A DNA stretch of 64,000 nucleotides from an uncultured Actinomycetes bacterium (GTDB taxonomy: Bacteria; Actinomycetota; UBA4738; HRBIN12), in the NCBI GenBank assembly GCA_963704725.1, contig OY969934.1, positions 1,819,023 through 1,883,022 of the forward strand, given 5' to 3'. This document shows positions 45,405 through 55,669 of this stretch, in pieces. How positions within the stretch are numbered: the stretch's first letter is position 1; each line of letters opens with the position of its first letter. The notes beneath the pieces are model-generated. The model searched no databases. It saw only the letters and a list, made by a program, of their open reading frames with translations, and was not told the DNA's origin. Position numbers and translations under genes: made by a program.

Positions 45405-46597
45405 GCGCGTCCGCTCCGTCCCTGCCCGACGCCCGGGGGAGGTTCGGCCGGTTCGGGGGCCGGTACGTCCCCGAGGTGCTGATCCCCGCCCTCGACGAGC
45501 TGGCGGGGACCTGGGGCGAGCTCCGGGGGGACCCGGCGTTCCGCGGTGAGCTCGACGCCCTGCTCCGGGACTACGTGGGGCGGCCGTCCCCGTTGACGTT
45601 CGCGGCGCGCCTGTCCGGGGAGCTGGGCTACCGGATCTGGCTCAAGCGCGAAGACCTGAACCACACGGGTGCCCACAAGATCAACAACACCCTGGGCCAG
45701 GTGCTCCTGGCTCGGCGGCTGGGCAAGGGCCGCATCATCGCCGAGACCGGTGCGGGGATGCACGGGGTGGCGACGGCGACGGCCTGTGCCCTGTTCGGCC
45801 TGCCGTGCGTCGTCTACATGGGCGAGGAGGACACGGCGCGCCAGGCGCCCAACGTTTCCCGGATGGAGCTCCTCGGCTCAGAGGTCGTCACGGTCCGCTC
45901 CGGGAGCCGAACGCTCAAGGACGCGATGAACGAGGCCATGCGCGACTGGGCCGCGACCGTTCGGGACACGCACTACGTGATCGGGTCGGTGGCGGGACCC
46001 CACCCGTTCCCGGCCCTGGTCCGCGACCTCCAGCGGGTGATCGGGGACGAGGCCCGCGCGCAGATCCTGCAGGGCGAGGGCCGGCTTCCCGACGCCGTCG
46101 TCGCATGTGTCGGCGGCGGCAGCAACGCCATGGGGATCTTCGCGCCGTTCGTGGGAAGCCCGGGGGTGCGCCTGATCGGGGTGGAGGCGGGGGGGCGCGG
46201 CGACGGGCTCGGCGAGCATTGCCGCTCGCTCACGATGGGGGAGCCGGGCGTGCTCCACGGGTCGTTCTCGTACCTGCTCCAGGACGCGGACGGTCAGGTG
46301 GTTCCGACGCACTCGATCTCGGCAGGCCTGGACTACCCGGGTGTCGGGCCCGAGCACTCGTACCTGAAGGAGAACGGCCTGGCCGAGTACGTCTCCGCCA
46401 CCGACGCCGACGCGCTCGCCGGGTTCCGGGCGCTCGCCCGGACCGAGGGCATCCTGCCGGCGCTCGAGCCCGCACACGCCATCGGCTGGCTGCTGGCGCG
46501 CCCCCTCCCCGAGGGCTCGCTCGTCGTGCTCAACGTCTCGGGCCGAGGCGACAAGGACCTCGACACGGTCCGGGCGGCGCTCGGATCCGCCGGCTGA
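45401..46597 (+). CDS. trpB: tryptophan synthase beta chain
   Basis: GTG at 45401 overlaps the trpC stop. Motifs: [21 protein letters not shown] and GGGSNAMG. Confidence 0.95.
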   Translation: MSASAPSLPDARGRFGRFGGRYVPEVLIPALDELAGTWGELRGDPAFRGELDALLRDYVGRPSPLTFAARLSGELGYRIWLKREDLNHTGAHKINNTLGQVLLARRLGKGRIIAETGAGMHGVATATACALFGLPCVVYMGEEDTARQAPNVSRMELLGSEVVTVRSGSRTLKDAMNEAMRDWAATVRDTHYVIGSVAGPHPFPALVRDLQRVIGDEARAQILQGEGRLPDAVVACVGGGSNAMGIFAPFVGSPGVRLIGVEAGGRGDGLGEHCRSLTMGEPGVLHGSFSYLLQDADGQVVPTHSISAGLDYPGVGPEHSYLKENGLAEYVSATDADALAGFRALARTEGILPALEPAHAIGWLLARPLPEGSLVVLNVSGRGDKDLDTVRAALGSAG

Positions 46598-47367
46598 TGC
46601 ACGACCTCGAGGCCGTCCTGCGGGCCCGACGCGACGGCGGCGGCCGCGCCTTCGTCCCGTACGTCACCGGCGGGCTGAAGGGGGTCGACGCCGCGTTCCT
46701 GCGGGGGCTGGCCGACGCGGGCGCCGACGCCATCGAGGTCGGGCTCCCGTTCTCGGACCCCGTAATGGACGGCGGGGTCATCCAGGAGGCGTCCCGCCTG
46801 GCCCTGGAGGCCGGGACGCGGCCCGGCGACGTCCTGGCCCTGGTGGCCGAGGCCGAGCTCGACATCCCCGTCGCGGTGATGACGTACCTCAACCCCATCC
46901 TGCACCGCGGCCTGGAGCGGTTCGTGGCCGAGGCGTCCCGGGCCGGCGTCTCGGGCCTCATCGTCCCCGACCTCCCCGTCGACGAGTCCGAGGACCTGGT
47001 CGCCGCGTGTCGGGCGGCGGGGGTCGCCGCCGTCCTGCTCGCCGCCCCCGGCTCGAGCCCGGAACGGCTCCGGATGATCTCGGAGGCCGGAGGCGGATTC
47101 GTCTACTGCGTGGCGACCTACGGCGTGACCGGCGTGCGGGATCGGCTCTCCGCGACCGCCGCTCGTCTGGTGGCCGAGCTCCGTCCCTTGACCGATCTTC
47201 CCCTGCTCGTGGGGGTCGGGATCGCGACGCCTGAGCAGGCCGCGGAGGCCTGCGCGTTCGCCGACGGCGTGGTCGTGGGGAGCGCGATCGTGCGCCTCGT
47301 GCTGGCCGGCGACGGGGAGGCCGCCCTCCGCCTGGCGGGCGCGTTCCGAGCCGCGATCGGGCCGTGA
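46597..47367 (+). CDS. trpA: tryptophan synthase alpha chain
   Basis: ATG at 46597 overlaps the last base of the trpB stop. Motifs: IEVGLPFSDPVMDG and GFVYCVATYGVTG. Confidence 0.9.
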   Translation: MHDLEAVLRARRDGGGRAFVPYVTGGLKGVDAAFLRGLADAGADAIEVGLPFSDPVMDGGVIQEASRLALEAGTRPGDVLALVAEAELDIPVAVMTYLNPILHRGLERFVAEASRAGVSGLIVPDLPVDESEDLVAACRAAGVAAVLLAAPGSSPERLRMISEAGGGFVYCVATYGVTGVRDRLSATAARLVAELRPLTDLPLLVGVGIATPEQAAEACAFADGVVVGSAIVRLVLAGDGEAALRLAGAFRAAIGP

Positions 47368-47529
47368 GGCATCCCGGCCTACGGTCCGTTGCGTACCTGT
47401 TGCCGATGGAGGCGGCTGGCTGAGGCGACCCGGATGTGATACCAACCACCGATGCGGGCAGGACGGGCGCGCGCCGCGTCACGATGCCTGCCACCGGAAG
47501 CGATGGTCCGTGGACCAAAGGGGGGATCG

Positions 47530-48876
47530 ATGAGGAAGCGCAGATTCTTCGCGCTCCTGGCGTTGTTCGGCGCGCTCTCGCTCGTGGCCGCCGCGTGTAG
47601 CAACGACGACAACGGCGGCACGTCGACGACGGGGGGCGGCACCACCAGCACCACCGGCGGGGGGAGCACCGCCGATTGCTCATCCGACGAGTTCGGCTGC
47701 GTGGAGGTCGGGTCGGGTGAGGCGATCCAGCTCGGAACGCTCCTGGCCATCTCCGGCGACGTCGCGTCGCTCGGCCTGGACAGCCAGTACGGCGTCTCGC
47801 TGGCGATCGACTACCTGGACGGGACGCTCGACGGCACGCCCGGCCAGCTCCTCGGTCACGACGTCGAGCTCGTGAACGAGGACGACGGTTGCTCGGCCGA
47901 GGGCGGTCAGGCCGGGGCGCAGAACCTGGCCCCGAACGAGAGCATCGTCGCCGTGATCGGGACGAGCTGCTCGGGGGCCGCGCTGGGCGTGGCGGACCAG
48001 ATCTTCTCCGACAAGGGGATCCTGCTGATCTCGCCGTCCAACACGAACCCGGGGCTGACGTCGGAGGAGGCGCACCAGCCGTTCTACCTCCGCACGGCGC
48101 ACAACGACCGCATCCAGGGCGCGATCGTGTCCGACTTCGCGCTCCAGCAGCTCGGGGCGTCCACGGCGGCAACGATCAACGACGAGAGCCCGTACGCGGA
48201 CGGTCTCGCGGCCGCCTTCCGCACCAACTTCGAGGCCGGCGGCGGAACGATCACGGACATCGAGGCGATCGACAGCGGGGACACGAACTTCGAGACCCTG
48301 CTGACGAGCATCGCCCAGAGCAATCCGGACGTCCTGTACTTCCCGGACTTCAACCCGGCGTGCGCGCTGATCGCGTCGCAGGCCAAGGACATCATGCCGG
48401 ACACGGCGCTGATCGGATCCGACGGATGCCTTGCCTCGACCTTCTTGGAGACGGCGGGCGACGCCGCCAACGGCGTGTACGCCTCCTCGCCGGACATCAC
48501 CGTCTTCCAGGGCGGCGACTTCTACAAGAACGATTTCCTGCCGGCGTACAAGTCGCAGTTCGGCACGGCGCCGACCTCCGTGTTCCACGCGCACGCGTTC
48601 GACGCCGCGAACATCCTGTTCGAGGCGATCAAGACGGCGGCCATCGACAACGGGGACGGCTCCCTGTCGATCCCCCGCACGGCGCTCAAGGACGCGATCT
48701 TCGCGACCAGCGGGTGGCAGGGGGTCACCGGGACGATCACGTGCACGCCGCTCGGCGACTGCGCGACCGACGTCACCATCGGCATCTTCCAGGCGCCGGG
48801 GTGGCCCGTCGAGGGCGGGACGCCGGACGCGGCGGCCGTCTTCAGCGAAACCAAGACGCTGGCGGACGTCGCCTAG
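47530..48876 (+). CDS. branched-chain amino-acid ABC transporter substrate-binding lipoprotein (LivJ/K type)
   Basis: Signal peptide MRKRRFFALLALFGALSLVAAAC, a Thr/Gly linker, and a type-1 periplasmic binding fold. First gene of the liv-like operon. Confidence 0.85.
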   Translation: MRKRRFFALLALFGALSLVAAACSNDDNGGTSTTGGGTTSTTGGGSTADCSSDEFGCVEVGSGEAIQLGTLLAISGDVASLGLDSQYGVSLAIDYLDGTLDGTPGQLLGHDVELVNEDDGCSAEGGQAGAQNLAPNESIVAVIGTSCSGAALGVADQIFSDKGILLISPSNTNPGLTSEEAHQPFYLRTAHNDRIQGAIVSDFALQQLGASTAATINDESPYADGLAAAFRTNFEAGGGTITDIEAIDSGDTNFETLLTSIAQSNPDVLYFPDFNPACALIASQAKDIMPDTALIGSDGCLASTFLETAGDAANGVYASSPDITVFQGGDFYKNDFLPAYKSQFGTAPTSVFHAHAFDAANILFEAIKTAAIDNGDGSLSIPRTALKDAIFATSGWQGVTGTITCTPLGDCATDVTIGIFQAPGWPVEGGTPDAAAVFSETKTLADVA

Positions 48877-48899
48877 GGGCACCACCGAACGACGCGCTC

Positions 48900-48927
48900 G
48901 CGGGCGGGCCGAGGGGGGCCCGCCCGC
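48900..48927 (+). terminator. 11-bp perfect GC hairpin between the binding-protein and permease genes (attenuator/terminator candidate)
   Basis: GCGGGCGGGCC-gagggg-GGCCCGCCCGC, read directly; no U-tract. Confidence 0.4.
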
Positions 48928-48965
48928 AGCGCACGGCACGGTGAGGGACTAGGCTCCCGCGGGAC

Positions 48966-50054
48966 ATGGCTGCCTCCACCGATCGGGCGCGCGACGTTCG
49001 GATGAGCCGCCTCGAGCGGCTGCCGTGGCGCCGCATCATCCTCGTGGTCCTCGGTGCGGCGATCGTGGTCGTGGTCGCGGTGGGGGTCGTCAAGACGGTC
49101 TCCTCCGATGCGTACTCGGGCTCGGCGTACCGGGACTTCCTCGTTGAGGGGATCGCGCAAGGCTCCATCTACGCGTTGATCGCGCTGGGGTACAGCCTGG
49201 TCTACGGGATCCTGAAGATGATCAACTTCGCCCACGGCGAGGTGTTCATGACCGGGGCGTTCGGCTCCTTCTTCTTCGCCGACGCCTACGCCAGGAGCGG
49301 GTTCCTCGATCGTCACCCCATCCCCGCGCTGGGGATCATCCTGCTGGTCGCGATGCTCACCTCGGTGCTCGTCGCCGTGCTGCTCGAACGCCTCGCCTAT
49401 CGGCCGCTGCGCGGCGCCCCCCGGCTGGTGCCCCTCATCACCGCGATCGGCGCGTCGCTCTTCCTGCGGGAAACGGCGCGCGCCCTGTTCGGGACGAACA
49501 CCAAGGGGTTCCCCGAGCCCGAGGTCCTGGCGGGGAGCTGGACGATCTCCGGGATCGCACTCGACCGCCTGCAGGTGGTGATCGTCCTCGTGGCGGCCGT
49601 GGCCGTCGGGGCGCTGTCCCTGTTCGTGGCGAAGACGACGACCGGCAAGTCGATGCGCGCCGTGGCCGAGGACTCTGAGATCGCCAGCCTCATGGGCATC
49701 AACGTCGACCGCGTGATCGTCACGACGTTCGCCATCGGGGGTCTCCTCGCCGGCCTCGCAGGCGTCCTGTTCGCCATGCGGTTCAAGGCCGTGAACTTCT
49801 TCATGGGGTTCGAGCCGGGCATCGCCGCGTTCACGGCTGCCGTCCTCGGGGGCATCGGGAGCATCGCCGGAGCGGCCATCGGCGGTTTGATCCTCGGCGT
49901 CCTCGAGTCGCTCGGCCCCACGATGATCCTGACGGGGTACAACATCCCCTCGCCGATCCAGCTCAAGGGCGCGTTCACGTTCCTCGTCCTCGTCCTGGTG
50001 CTGATCTTCCGGCCCGGGGGGATCCTCGGCACCGGGGAGGCGGAGAAGGTCTGA
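48966..50054 (+). CDS. livH: branched-chain amino-acid ABC transporter permease (LivH type)
   Basis: 362-aa polytopic protein with YALIALGYSLVYGILKMINFAHGE. Confidence 0.9.
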   Translation: MAASTDRARDVRMSRLERLPWRRIILVVLGAAIVVVVAVGVVKTVSSDAYSGSAYRDFLVEGIAQGSIYALIALGYSLVYGILKMINFAHGEVFMTGAFGSFFFADAYARSGFLDRHPIPALGIILLVAMLTSVLVAVLLERLAYRPLRGAPRLVPLITAIGASLFLRETARALFGTNTKGFPEPEVLAGSWTISGIALDRLQVVIVLVAAVAVGALSLFVAKTTTGKSMRAVAEDSEIASLMGINVDRVIVTTFAIGGLLAGLAGVLFAMRFKAVNFFMGFEPGIAAFTAAVLGGIGSIAGAAIGGLILGVLESLGPTMILTGYNIPSPIQLKGAFTFLVLVLVLIFRPGGILGTGEAEKV

Positions 50055-51850
50055 TGGGGCCGATCCCGCCGCGCTCGGTGATCCGCGCCGGGGTGATCGG
50101 CGGCCTCGTCGCGATCTACCTCGCGATGGTCGGGCTCTTCGACCGGTTCGCCGATCTCGAGCTCGTCGGCACCCAGGTCACGTTCAGCCGGGTCCTGCTG
50201 ATCGTGCCCGGCCTGGTCGTCGGGTACCTCGTGTCACGGCCCCGGGTGGTGGCGGGCGCGCGGCGCGAGGCCGGGCCCGGCCAGGCCATGGTGGCGGGGG
50301 CGGTCGGCGGACTGATCACCGGAGGCGCGCTCGCCGCGGCCATGTGGTGGGCGGACTGGTTCGGGGTGGATCGGATCCGTCCGGTGTTCGTCTCCGTCTC
50401 GCCGAGCCTCGTGGGGTTCCTCACGTTCGAGCACACCGTCGGCGTTGGCGTCGCGATCCTGCTGGTGGTGGGGCTCGTGTCCGGAGCCGCGGGCGGGCTG
50501 CTCCGCGCGACCAGCGTGCGCGTGCGCCGGCCCCTCGTGTTCGGCGTGGCCTTCACGCTCCTGCTCGGCTTGCTCCAGCGGATCGTTCCGGTCGCGATGA
50601 AGGAGCTCGGCCTGGGGACGGACTGGCTCTACGGGCCGAGCACCGGGCTGACGATGCAGGGCGGCGCCATCGTGTTCCCCGTGACGTTCGGGCTCACTGC
50701 GCTCTGGCAGCGCAGCGGCCAGGCCACGCGCGAGCGGCTTCGGGCCTCGGCGCAGGAGCAGCCGGCGGTGCGGGCCGGCATCCTCATCGTGATCCTGGCG
50801 ATCGCCGCGATCCTTCCCCTGCTCGTCGGATCGTCGATCTCGCAGACGCTCGGGACCGTGATGATCTTCCTCCTCCTCGGGCTCGGCCTGAACATCGTCG
50901 TGGGGTACGCCGGGTTGCTCGACCTCGGCTACGTCGCCTTCTACGCGTTCGGCGCGTACGCGATCGCGCTGCTCACCGGCGCGGCGCTGAACACGACGAC
51001 GGGCGCGGCGGCACCGGCCTTCTCGGCCGATCTCAGCTTCTACGTCGCCATCTGGATCGTCGTGGCGCTCGCCGCCGGTGTGGGCCTGCTGATCGGTGCG
51101 CCGGTCCTGCGCCTGCGGGGCGACTACCTGGCCATCGTGACGCTCGGCCTCGGCGAGATCGTGAGCACGATGACGCGGTCGAGGTGGCTCCAGCCGCTGG
51201 TCGGCGGTCCGCAGGGCATGCGTGGCGTGACGAAGGCGGAGATCGGAACGTTCGCCTTCACCACCCCGCAGAAGTTCTACTACCTGGTCCTGGCGTTCGT
51301 GCTCCTGGCGGCGTTCGTGTCGTGGCGCCTGTCCACGTCGCGCGTGGGGCGGGCGTGGAACGCGATGCGCGAGGACGAGCAGGTCGCCGACGCCATGGGC
51401 ATCAGCACGACCCGGTACAAGCTGCTCGCGTTCGCCATCGGCGGCGCGATCGGGTCCCTCGGAGGAGCGCTGTTCGCCGTGCAGATCGGATCGCTGACCC
51501 CGGCGAGCTTCGAGATCCTCGTCTCGATCACCGCGCTGGCCGTGGTGATCCTGGGCGGCCTGGGCAGCCTGCCGGGGGTGGCTGTCGGCGCGCTCGTGCT
51601 GATCGGGCTCCCCGGTCTGCTGCGCGAGTTCGAGGAGTACCGCCTCCTGGTCTACGGAGGAGTGCTCGTGGCGGTCATGATCCTTCGACCGCAGGGACTG
51701 GTCCCGAACGTCCGCCGCACCCGCGAGCTGCAGGAGGAGGAGCGGACCCAGGACGCCTGGGCGCAGGAGCTCGCCGATCGCGAGGAGGTCTACGCGAGCG
51801 TCGTCGCGGGCGGCAAGCTCGGGGCCGAGACCGAGGAGGATCTCGAGTGA
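50054..51850 (+). CDS. livM: branched-chain amino-acid ABC transporter permease (LivM type) with a long N-terminal membrane extension
   Basis: 598 aa. The C-terminal ~330 aa (LNIVVGYAGLLDLGYVAFYAFGAY ...) are LivM-like. The N-terminal ~250 aa add further TM helices. Confidence 0.85.
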   Translation: MGPIPPRSVIRAGVIGGLVAIYLAMVGLFDRFADLELVGTQVTFSRVLLIVPGLVVGYLVSRPRVVAGARREAGPGQAMVAGAVGGLITGGALAAAMWWADWFGVDRIRPVFVSVSPSLVGFLTFEHTVGVGVAILLVVGLVSGAAGGLLRATSVRVRRPLVFGVAFTLLLGLLQRIVPVAMKELGLGTDWLYGPSTGLTMQGGAIVFPVTFGLTALWQRSGQATRERLRASAQEQPAVRAGILIVILAIAAILPLLVGSSISQTLGTVMIFLLLGLGLNIVVGYAGLLDLGYVAFYAFGAYAIALLTGAALNTTTGAAAPAFSADLSFYVAIWIVVALAAGVGLLIGAPVLRLRGDYLAIVTLGLGEIVSTMTRSRWLQPLVGGPQGMRGVTKAEIGTFAFTTPQKFYYLVLAFVLLAAFVSWRLSTSRVGRAWNAMREDEQVADAMGISTTRYKLLAFAIGGAIGSLGGALFAVQIGSLTPASFEILVSITALAVVILGGLGSLPGVAVGALVLIGLPGLLREFEEYRLLVYGGVLVAVMILRPQGLVPNVRRTRELQEEERTQDAWAQELADREEVYASVVAGGKLGAETEEDLE

Positions 51851-52638
51851 GCGAGACCTCGACGATCCTCGAGCTCCAGGGCGTGGCGAAGCACTTCGGC
51901 GGGCTGTACGCGCTGTCGGGTCTCGACATGGCCGTGAACGAGGGGGAGATCGTGTCGGTCATCGGCCCGAACGGAGCGGGCAAGAGCACGATGTTCAACG
52001 TCGTCACCGGCCTGTACGAGCCGGACGAGGGCGACGTGCGCTTCCGCGGCGAGAGCATCGTGGGCTTCGCCCCGAACCAGATCACGCGGCTCGGCGTCGC
52101 CCGGACCTTCCAGAACGTCCACCTCTTCCCGAACATGACCGTCCTCGAGAACGCCATGGTCGGCCAGCACTGCCGGACGAGGGCGGGTGTGTTCGGCGCC
52201 GTGTTCCGGCCGCCGGGAACGCGGCGGGAGGAGGAGCGGATCCGGGAGCGGGCCCGGGGCGCCCTGGAGTTCTTCGGGTCCCGGCTCGCCGGGTTCCGCC
52301 AGGAGCAGCCGGCGTTCGTGCTCTCCTACGCGAACCGCCGCCGGCTGGAGATGGCCCGGGCCATGGCCACCGAGCCGGCACTCATCCTGCTCGACGAGCC
52401 CACGGCGGGGATGAACCCGCGCGAGACCCTCGAGCTCCGCGACCACATCGTGCGGATGCGCGATCAGCGCGGGCACACGGTCCTGCTGATCGAGCACGAC
52501 ATGCGCGTCGTCCGGGGCGTGTCGGATCGCGTGATCGCGCTCGACTACGGCCGGAAGATCGCCGAGGGCTCGTACGAAGAGGTTGCGAACAACCCCCAGG
52601 TGATCGAGGCGTACCTCGGAACGAAGGCCGGCGGGTGA
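51847..52638 (+). CDS. livG: ABC transporter ATP-binding protein LivG type
   Basis: GTG at 51847 overlaps the livM stop. Motifs: GPNGAGKST, LSYANRRRLEMARA and ILLDEPTAGM. Confidence 0.9.
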   Translation: MSETSTILELQGVAKHFGGLYALSGLDMAVNEGEIVSVIGPNGAGKSTMFNVVTGLYEPDEGDVRFRGESIVGFAPNQITRLGVARTFQNVHLFPNMTVLENAMVGQHCRTRAGVFGAVFRPPGTRREEERIRERARGALEFFGSRLAGFRQEQPAFVLSYANRRRLEMARAMATEPALILLDEPTAGMNPRETLELRDHIVRMRDQRGHTVLLIEHDMRVVRGVSDRVIALDYGRKIAEGSYEEVANNPQVIEAYLGTKAGG

Positions 52639-53480
52639 GCGAGGGGACGCGGACCGCCGAGCCGCCCGCCCCGGACCCCACCGAGACGGGCGTGGCCACC
52701 CAGCCCGTCGAGGCCCAGGCGCTCCCCGAGCCCGCCGTCCCGGCCCCGGCTTCCGGCGGCGACCGGCGTCCCATCCTCGAGCTGCGAAACGTGAGCACGC
52801 ACTACGGGCTCGTCTCGGTGCTGCGGAACGTCAACGTGGAGATCTTCCCCGGGGAGATGGTCTGCCTGCTCGGGGGCAACGCGTCGGGCAAGACCACCAC
52901 GTTGAAGACGATCCTCGGCTACGTCCGCCCCTCCGAGGGCGAGGTCCTCCTCGACGGCGCCGTCGTGAGCGGGCTCCCCACCGTCGAGGTCGTCCGGCGC
53001 GGCATCTCCATGGTGCCCGAGAACCGGCGCCTGTTCTCGAACATGACGGTCTCGGAGAACCTGGATCTGGGCGCGTACCAGCGACGAGATCGAGGCAAGG
53101 TCGCCGAGGATCGCGAGCGCATCCTCGAGACGTTCCCCAGGGTCCGCGAGCGCCTCAAGCAGAAGGCGGGCACGCTCTCGGGCGGTGAGCAGCAGATGGT
53201 GGCCATGGGCCGGGCGCTGATGGCCGACCCGAAGGTGCTGCTGATGGACGAGCCGTCGATGGGGCTCGCGCCGATCCTCGTGGAGCAGGTGTTCGAGATC
53301 ATCAAGACGATCCGCGGGCTCGGCCGGACGGTGTTCGTCGTCGAGCAGAACGCGAACATGGCGCTGTCGATCGCCGACCGCGGCTACGTGATCCAGACCG
53401 GCCAGGTGGTGCTGGCCGACACGGCGGCGAACCTGCTCAGCAACCCCCTCATGCGGGAGGCGTACCTCGGGGAGCTCTGA
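52635..53480 (+). CDS. livF: ABC transporter ATP-binding protein LivF type
   Basis: GGNASGKTT, LSGGEQQMVAMGRA and LLMDEPSMGLAP motifs. About 45 aa of Pro/Ala-rich N-terminal extension if the GTG at 52635 is used. Confidence 0.9.
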   Translation: MSEGTRTAEPPAPDPTETGVATQPVEAQALPEPAVPAPASGGDRRPILELRNVSTHYGLVSVLRNVNVEIFPGEMVCLLGGNASGKTTTLKTILGYVRPSEGEVLLDGAVVSGLPTVEVVRRGISMVPENRRLFSNMTVSENLDLGAYQRRDRGKVAEDRERILETFPRVRERLKQKAGTLSGGEQQMVAMGRALMADPKVLLMDEPSMGLAPILVEQVFEIIKTIRGLGRTVFVVEQNANMALSIADRGYVIQTGQVVLADTAANLLSNPLMREAYLGEL

Positions 53481-54407
53481 GTGGCCGTCGCCGTGATCGA
53501 CGCCGGCGAGCTCGCCCGCCTGCTGCCGATGGGGGCGGCGATCGACGCGCTCCAGGCGGGCTTCGGCGCCGAGCGCCTGCCGGAGGCGCCCCTGCGCTCG
53601 CATGTGGCCACGGGGGCCGGGACGCTGTACCTGATGCCGGCGTTCGGGCCGCAGGGCGTGGGCGTGAAGCTCGTCACGCTGACCGAGGCGAACCCCGGCC
53701 GCGGCGAGCCGTTCATCCACGCGACGTACGTCCTGTTCGACCCCGACACGCAGGCGCCGCTCGCGACGATCGACGGCGGCGCGCTGACGGCGCTCCGGAC
53801 GGCGGCGGTCAGCGGGTTGGCCACGCGGTTCCTCGCGCGGGCCGACGCGAGGCGTCTGGTGCTGTACGGCGCCGGCGTGCAGGCCCGCTCGCACCTCGAG
53901 GCGATGTGCGCGGTCCGGCCGGTCGAGGAGGTGGTCGTGGTGTCGCGGGGACGGGCCCGGGCCGAGGCGCTGGTGGGGGAGGCCTCGGCCCGCGGGCTCC
54001 GAGCCTCGGTGGGAGCGCCGGGAGCCGAGCGCGACGCCGATCTGGCCTGCACGTGCACGACGAGCGCCACGCCCGTCGTCGAAGGCGCGCTCCTGCCGGA
54101 CGGCGTGCACGTGAACGCCGTCGGCGCCTACACGACCTCGACGCGCGAGCTCGACGGTGAGGCCGTCCGGCGGTCGCGGGTTGCGGTCGAGACGCGCGAG
54201 GCCGCGGCGGCCGAGGCCGGGGACCTGGTGCTGGCCGCGGAGGAGGGCGCGATCGGGCCCGACCACGTGCTCGCGGACCTGTCGGAGGTGGTCCGCGGGG
54301 CCGTCGTCCGAACCTCGGACCGGGACATCACGCTCTTCAAGTCGGTCGGCATCGCGTTCGAGGACCTCATCGTGGCGCGAGCCGCCGTCGATCGGGTTGG
54401 TGCGTGA
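53481..54407 (+). CDS. ornithine cyclodeaminase / mu-crystallin family protein
   Basis: 308 aa. ALTALRTAAVSGLATRFLAR, VLYGAGVQARSHL and NAVGAY are typical of the OCD/mu-crystallin Rossmann family. Confidence 0.8.
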   Translation: MAVAVIDAGELARLLPMGAAIDALQAGFGAERLPEAPLRSHVATGAGTLYLMPAFGPQGVGVKLVTLTEANPGRGEPFIHATYVLFDPDTQAPLATIDGGALTALRTAAVSGLATRFLARADARRLVLYGAGVQARSHLEAMCAVRPVEEVVVVSRGRARAEALVGEASARGLRASVGAPGAERDADLACTCTTSATPVVEGALLPDGVHVNAVGAYTTSTRELDGEAVRRSRVAVETREAAAAEAGDLVLAAEEGAIGPDHVLADLSEVVRGAVVRTSDRDITLFKSVGIAFEDLIVARAAVDRVGA

Positions 54408-55558
54408 AGAGCACCGCCGACGTCGTGATCGTGGGCGGGGGCGTGGTCGGCGCGAGCGCGGCCTACCACCTGGCGGTCGCGGGGGCCGGCCGGGTCCTCC
54501 TGCTCGAGCGCGAGGACCACCTGGCCGCCGGGTCGACCGGGGTGTGCGCCGGCGGGTTCCGCGGCCAGTTCTCGAGCGAGACCAACATCCGCCTCTCACT
54601 CGCCAGCGTGCCGATGATCACCGGGTTCACCGAGGAACACGGCCTGCCGCTCGACATCGCGCAGGACGGCTACCTGTTCCTGGTCCGGGACCGGGCGCTG
54701 TGGCGGGAGTTCGTCGCGGCCAACGAGCTCCAGCGATCGCTCGGCGTGCGGGCGGAGCTGCTCTCGCCCGAGGACGCGGTGGCGCTCGCGCCGGGGATCG
54801 CGCTCGAGGGCATCGTCGGCGCCGCGTTCGGGCCGAGGGATGGGATCGCGGATCCGTCGGGCTTGACCCAGGGGTACGCCACACTGGCGCGCCGCGCCGG
54901 TGCCGAGATCGAGGTCGGCGCGACCGTGTCGTCCATCCGGGTGCTCGACGGCCGCGTGACGGGCGTCGAGACGTCCGGCGGGCCGGTCGACGCGCCGGCG
55001 GTCGTGAACGCGGCGGGTCCGTGGGCGGGGGAGCTCGCCCGGACGGCCGGCGTCGGCCTCCCGCTGGAGCCGATCCCTCGGCACGTCCTGGTGACCGGCG
55101 GGTTCCCAGGTCGGCCGCACCGTCGGACGCTGGTGATCGACGCGGTGACGAGCTTCTACTTCCACCGGGAGGGACCGGGCGTGCTCATGGGCATGGGAAG
55201 CGTCCACGAGGGGCCGTCCTTCGACACGAGGGTGGACGAGCGTTTCGTGGCGGAGGAGCTGCTGCCGACCGCGGTGCGGGTCTTCCCGCCGCTCGAGGAG
55301 GCCGCCATCGAGCACTCGTGGGTCGGCCTGTACGAGATGACCCCGGACCGGCATCCCATCATCGGCGAGGCCCCGGGGGTTCGGGGGCTCTACCTGGCGA
55401 ACGGGTTCAGCGGTCACGGGTTCCAGCACGCCCCGGTCGTGGGCAAGCTGCTGGCCGAGCTCATCGTGGACGGGGAGGCGAGGACCGTGGACATCTCGGG
55501 CCTCGGGCTCGAGCGGTTCGCCTCGGGCGACCTTGTGCCAGAGGGCCACGTGGTGTGA
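54404..55558 (+). CDS. FAD-dependent oxidoreductase (DAO / sarcosine-oxidase-beta-like)
   Basis: N-terminal dinucleotide-binding motif DVVIVGGGVVGASAAYHLA; C-terminal NGFSGHGFQHAP. GTGA overlap with the upstream gene. Confidence 0.85.
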   Translation: MKSTADVVIVGGGVVGASAAYHLAVAGAGRVLLLEREDHLAAGSTGVCAGGFRGQFSSETNIRLSLASVPMITGFTEEHGLPLDIAQDGYLFLVRDRALWREFVAANELQRSLGVRAELLSPEDAVALAPGIALEGIVGAAFGPRDGIADPSGLTQGYATLARRAGAEIEVGATVSSIRVLDGRVTGVETSGGPVDAPAVVNAAGPWAGELARTAGVGLPLEPIPRHVLVTGGFPGRPHRRTLVIDAVTSFYFHREGPGVLMGMGSVHEGPSFDTRVDERFVAEELLPTAVRVFPPLEEAAIEHSWVGLYEMTPDRHPIIGEAPGVRGLYLANGFSGHGFQHAPVVGKLLAELIVDGEARTVDISGLGLERFASGDLVPEGHVV

Positions 55559-55566
55559 CGGCCGTG

Positions 55567-55650
55567 TGCCGGGAGCGGGGCTCGAACCCGCACGTGCTTT
55601 CGCACAACGCCTTTTGAGGGCGCCGCCTCAGCCAATTGGGCTATCCCGGC
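55567..55650 (-). tRNA. tRNA-Leu (anticodon CAA), CCA not encoded
   Basis: Folded by hand. Acceptor stem GCCGGGA/UCCCGGC, D arm GCC..GGC, anticodon stem GCGCC/GGCGU with loop CUCAAAA. Long variable arm GUGC-GAAA-GCAC and T arm GCGGG-UUCGAGC-CCCGC. Confidence 0.95.
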
Positions 55651-55669
55651 GTTGCCTGAGTGTACGGCG

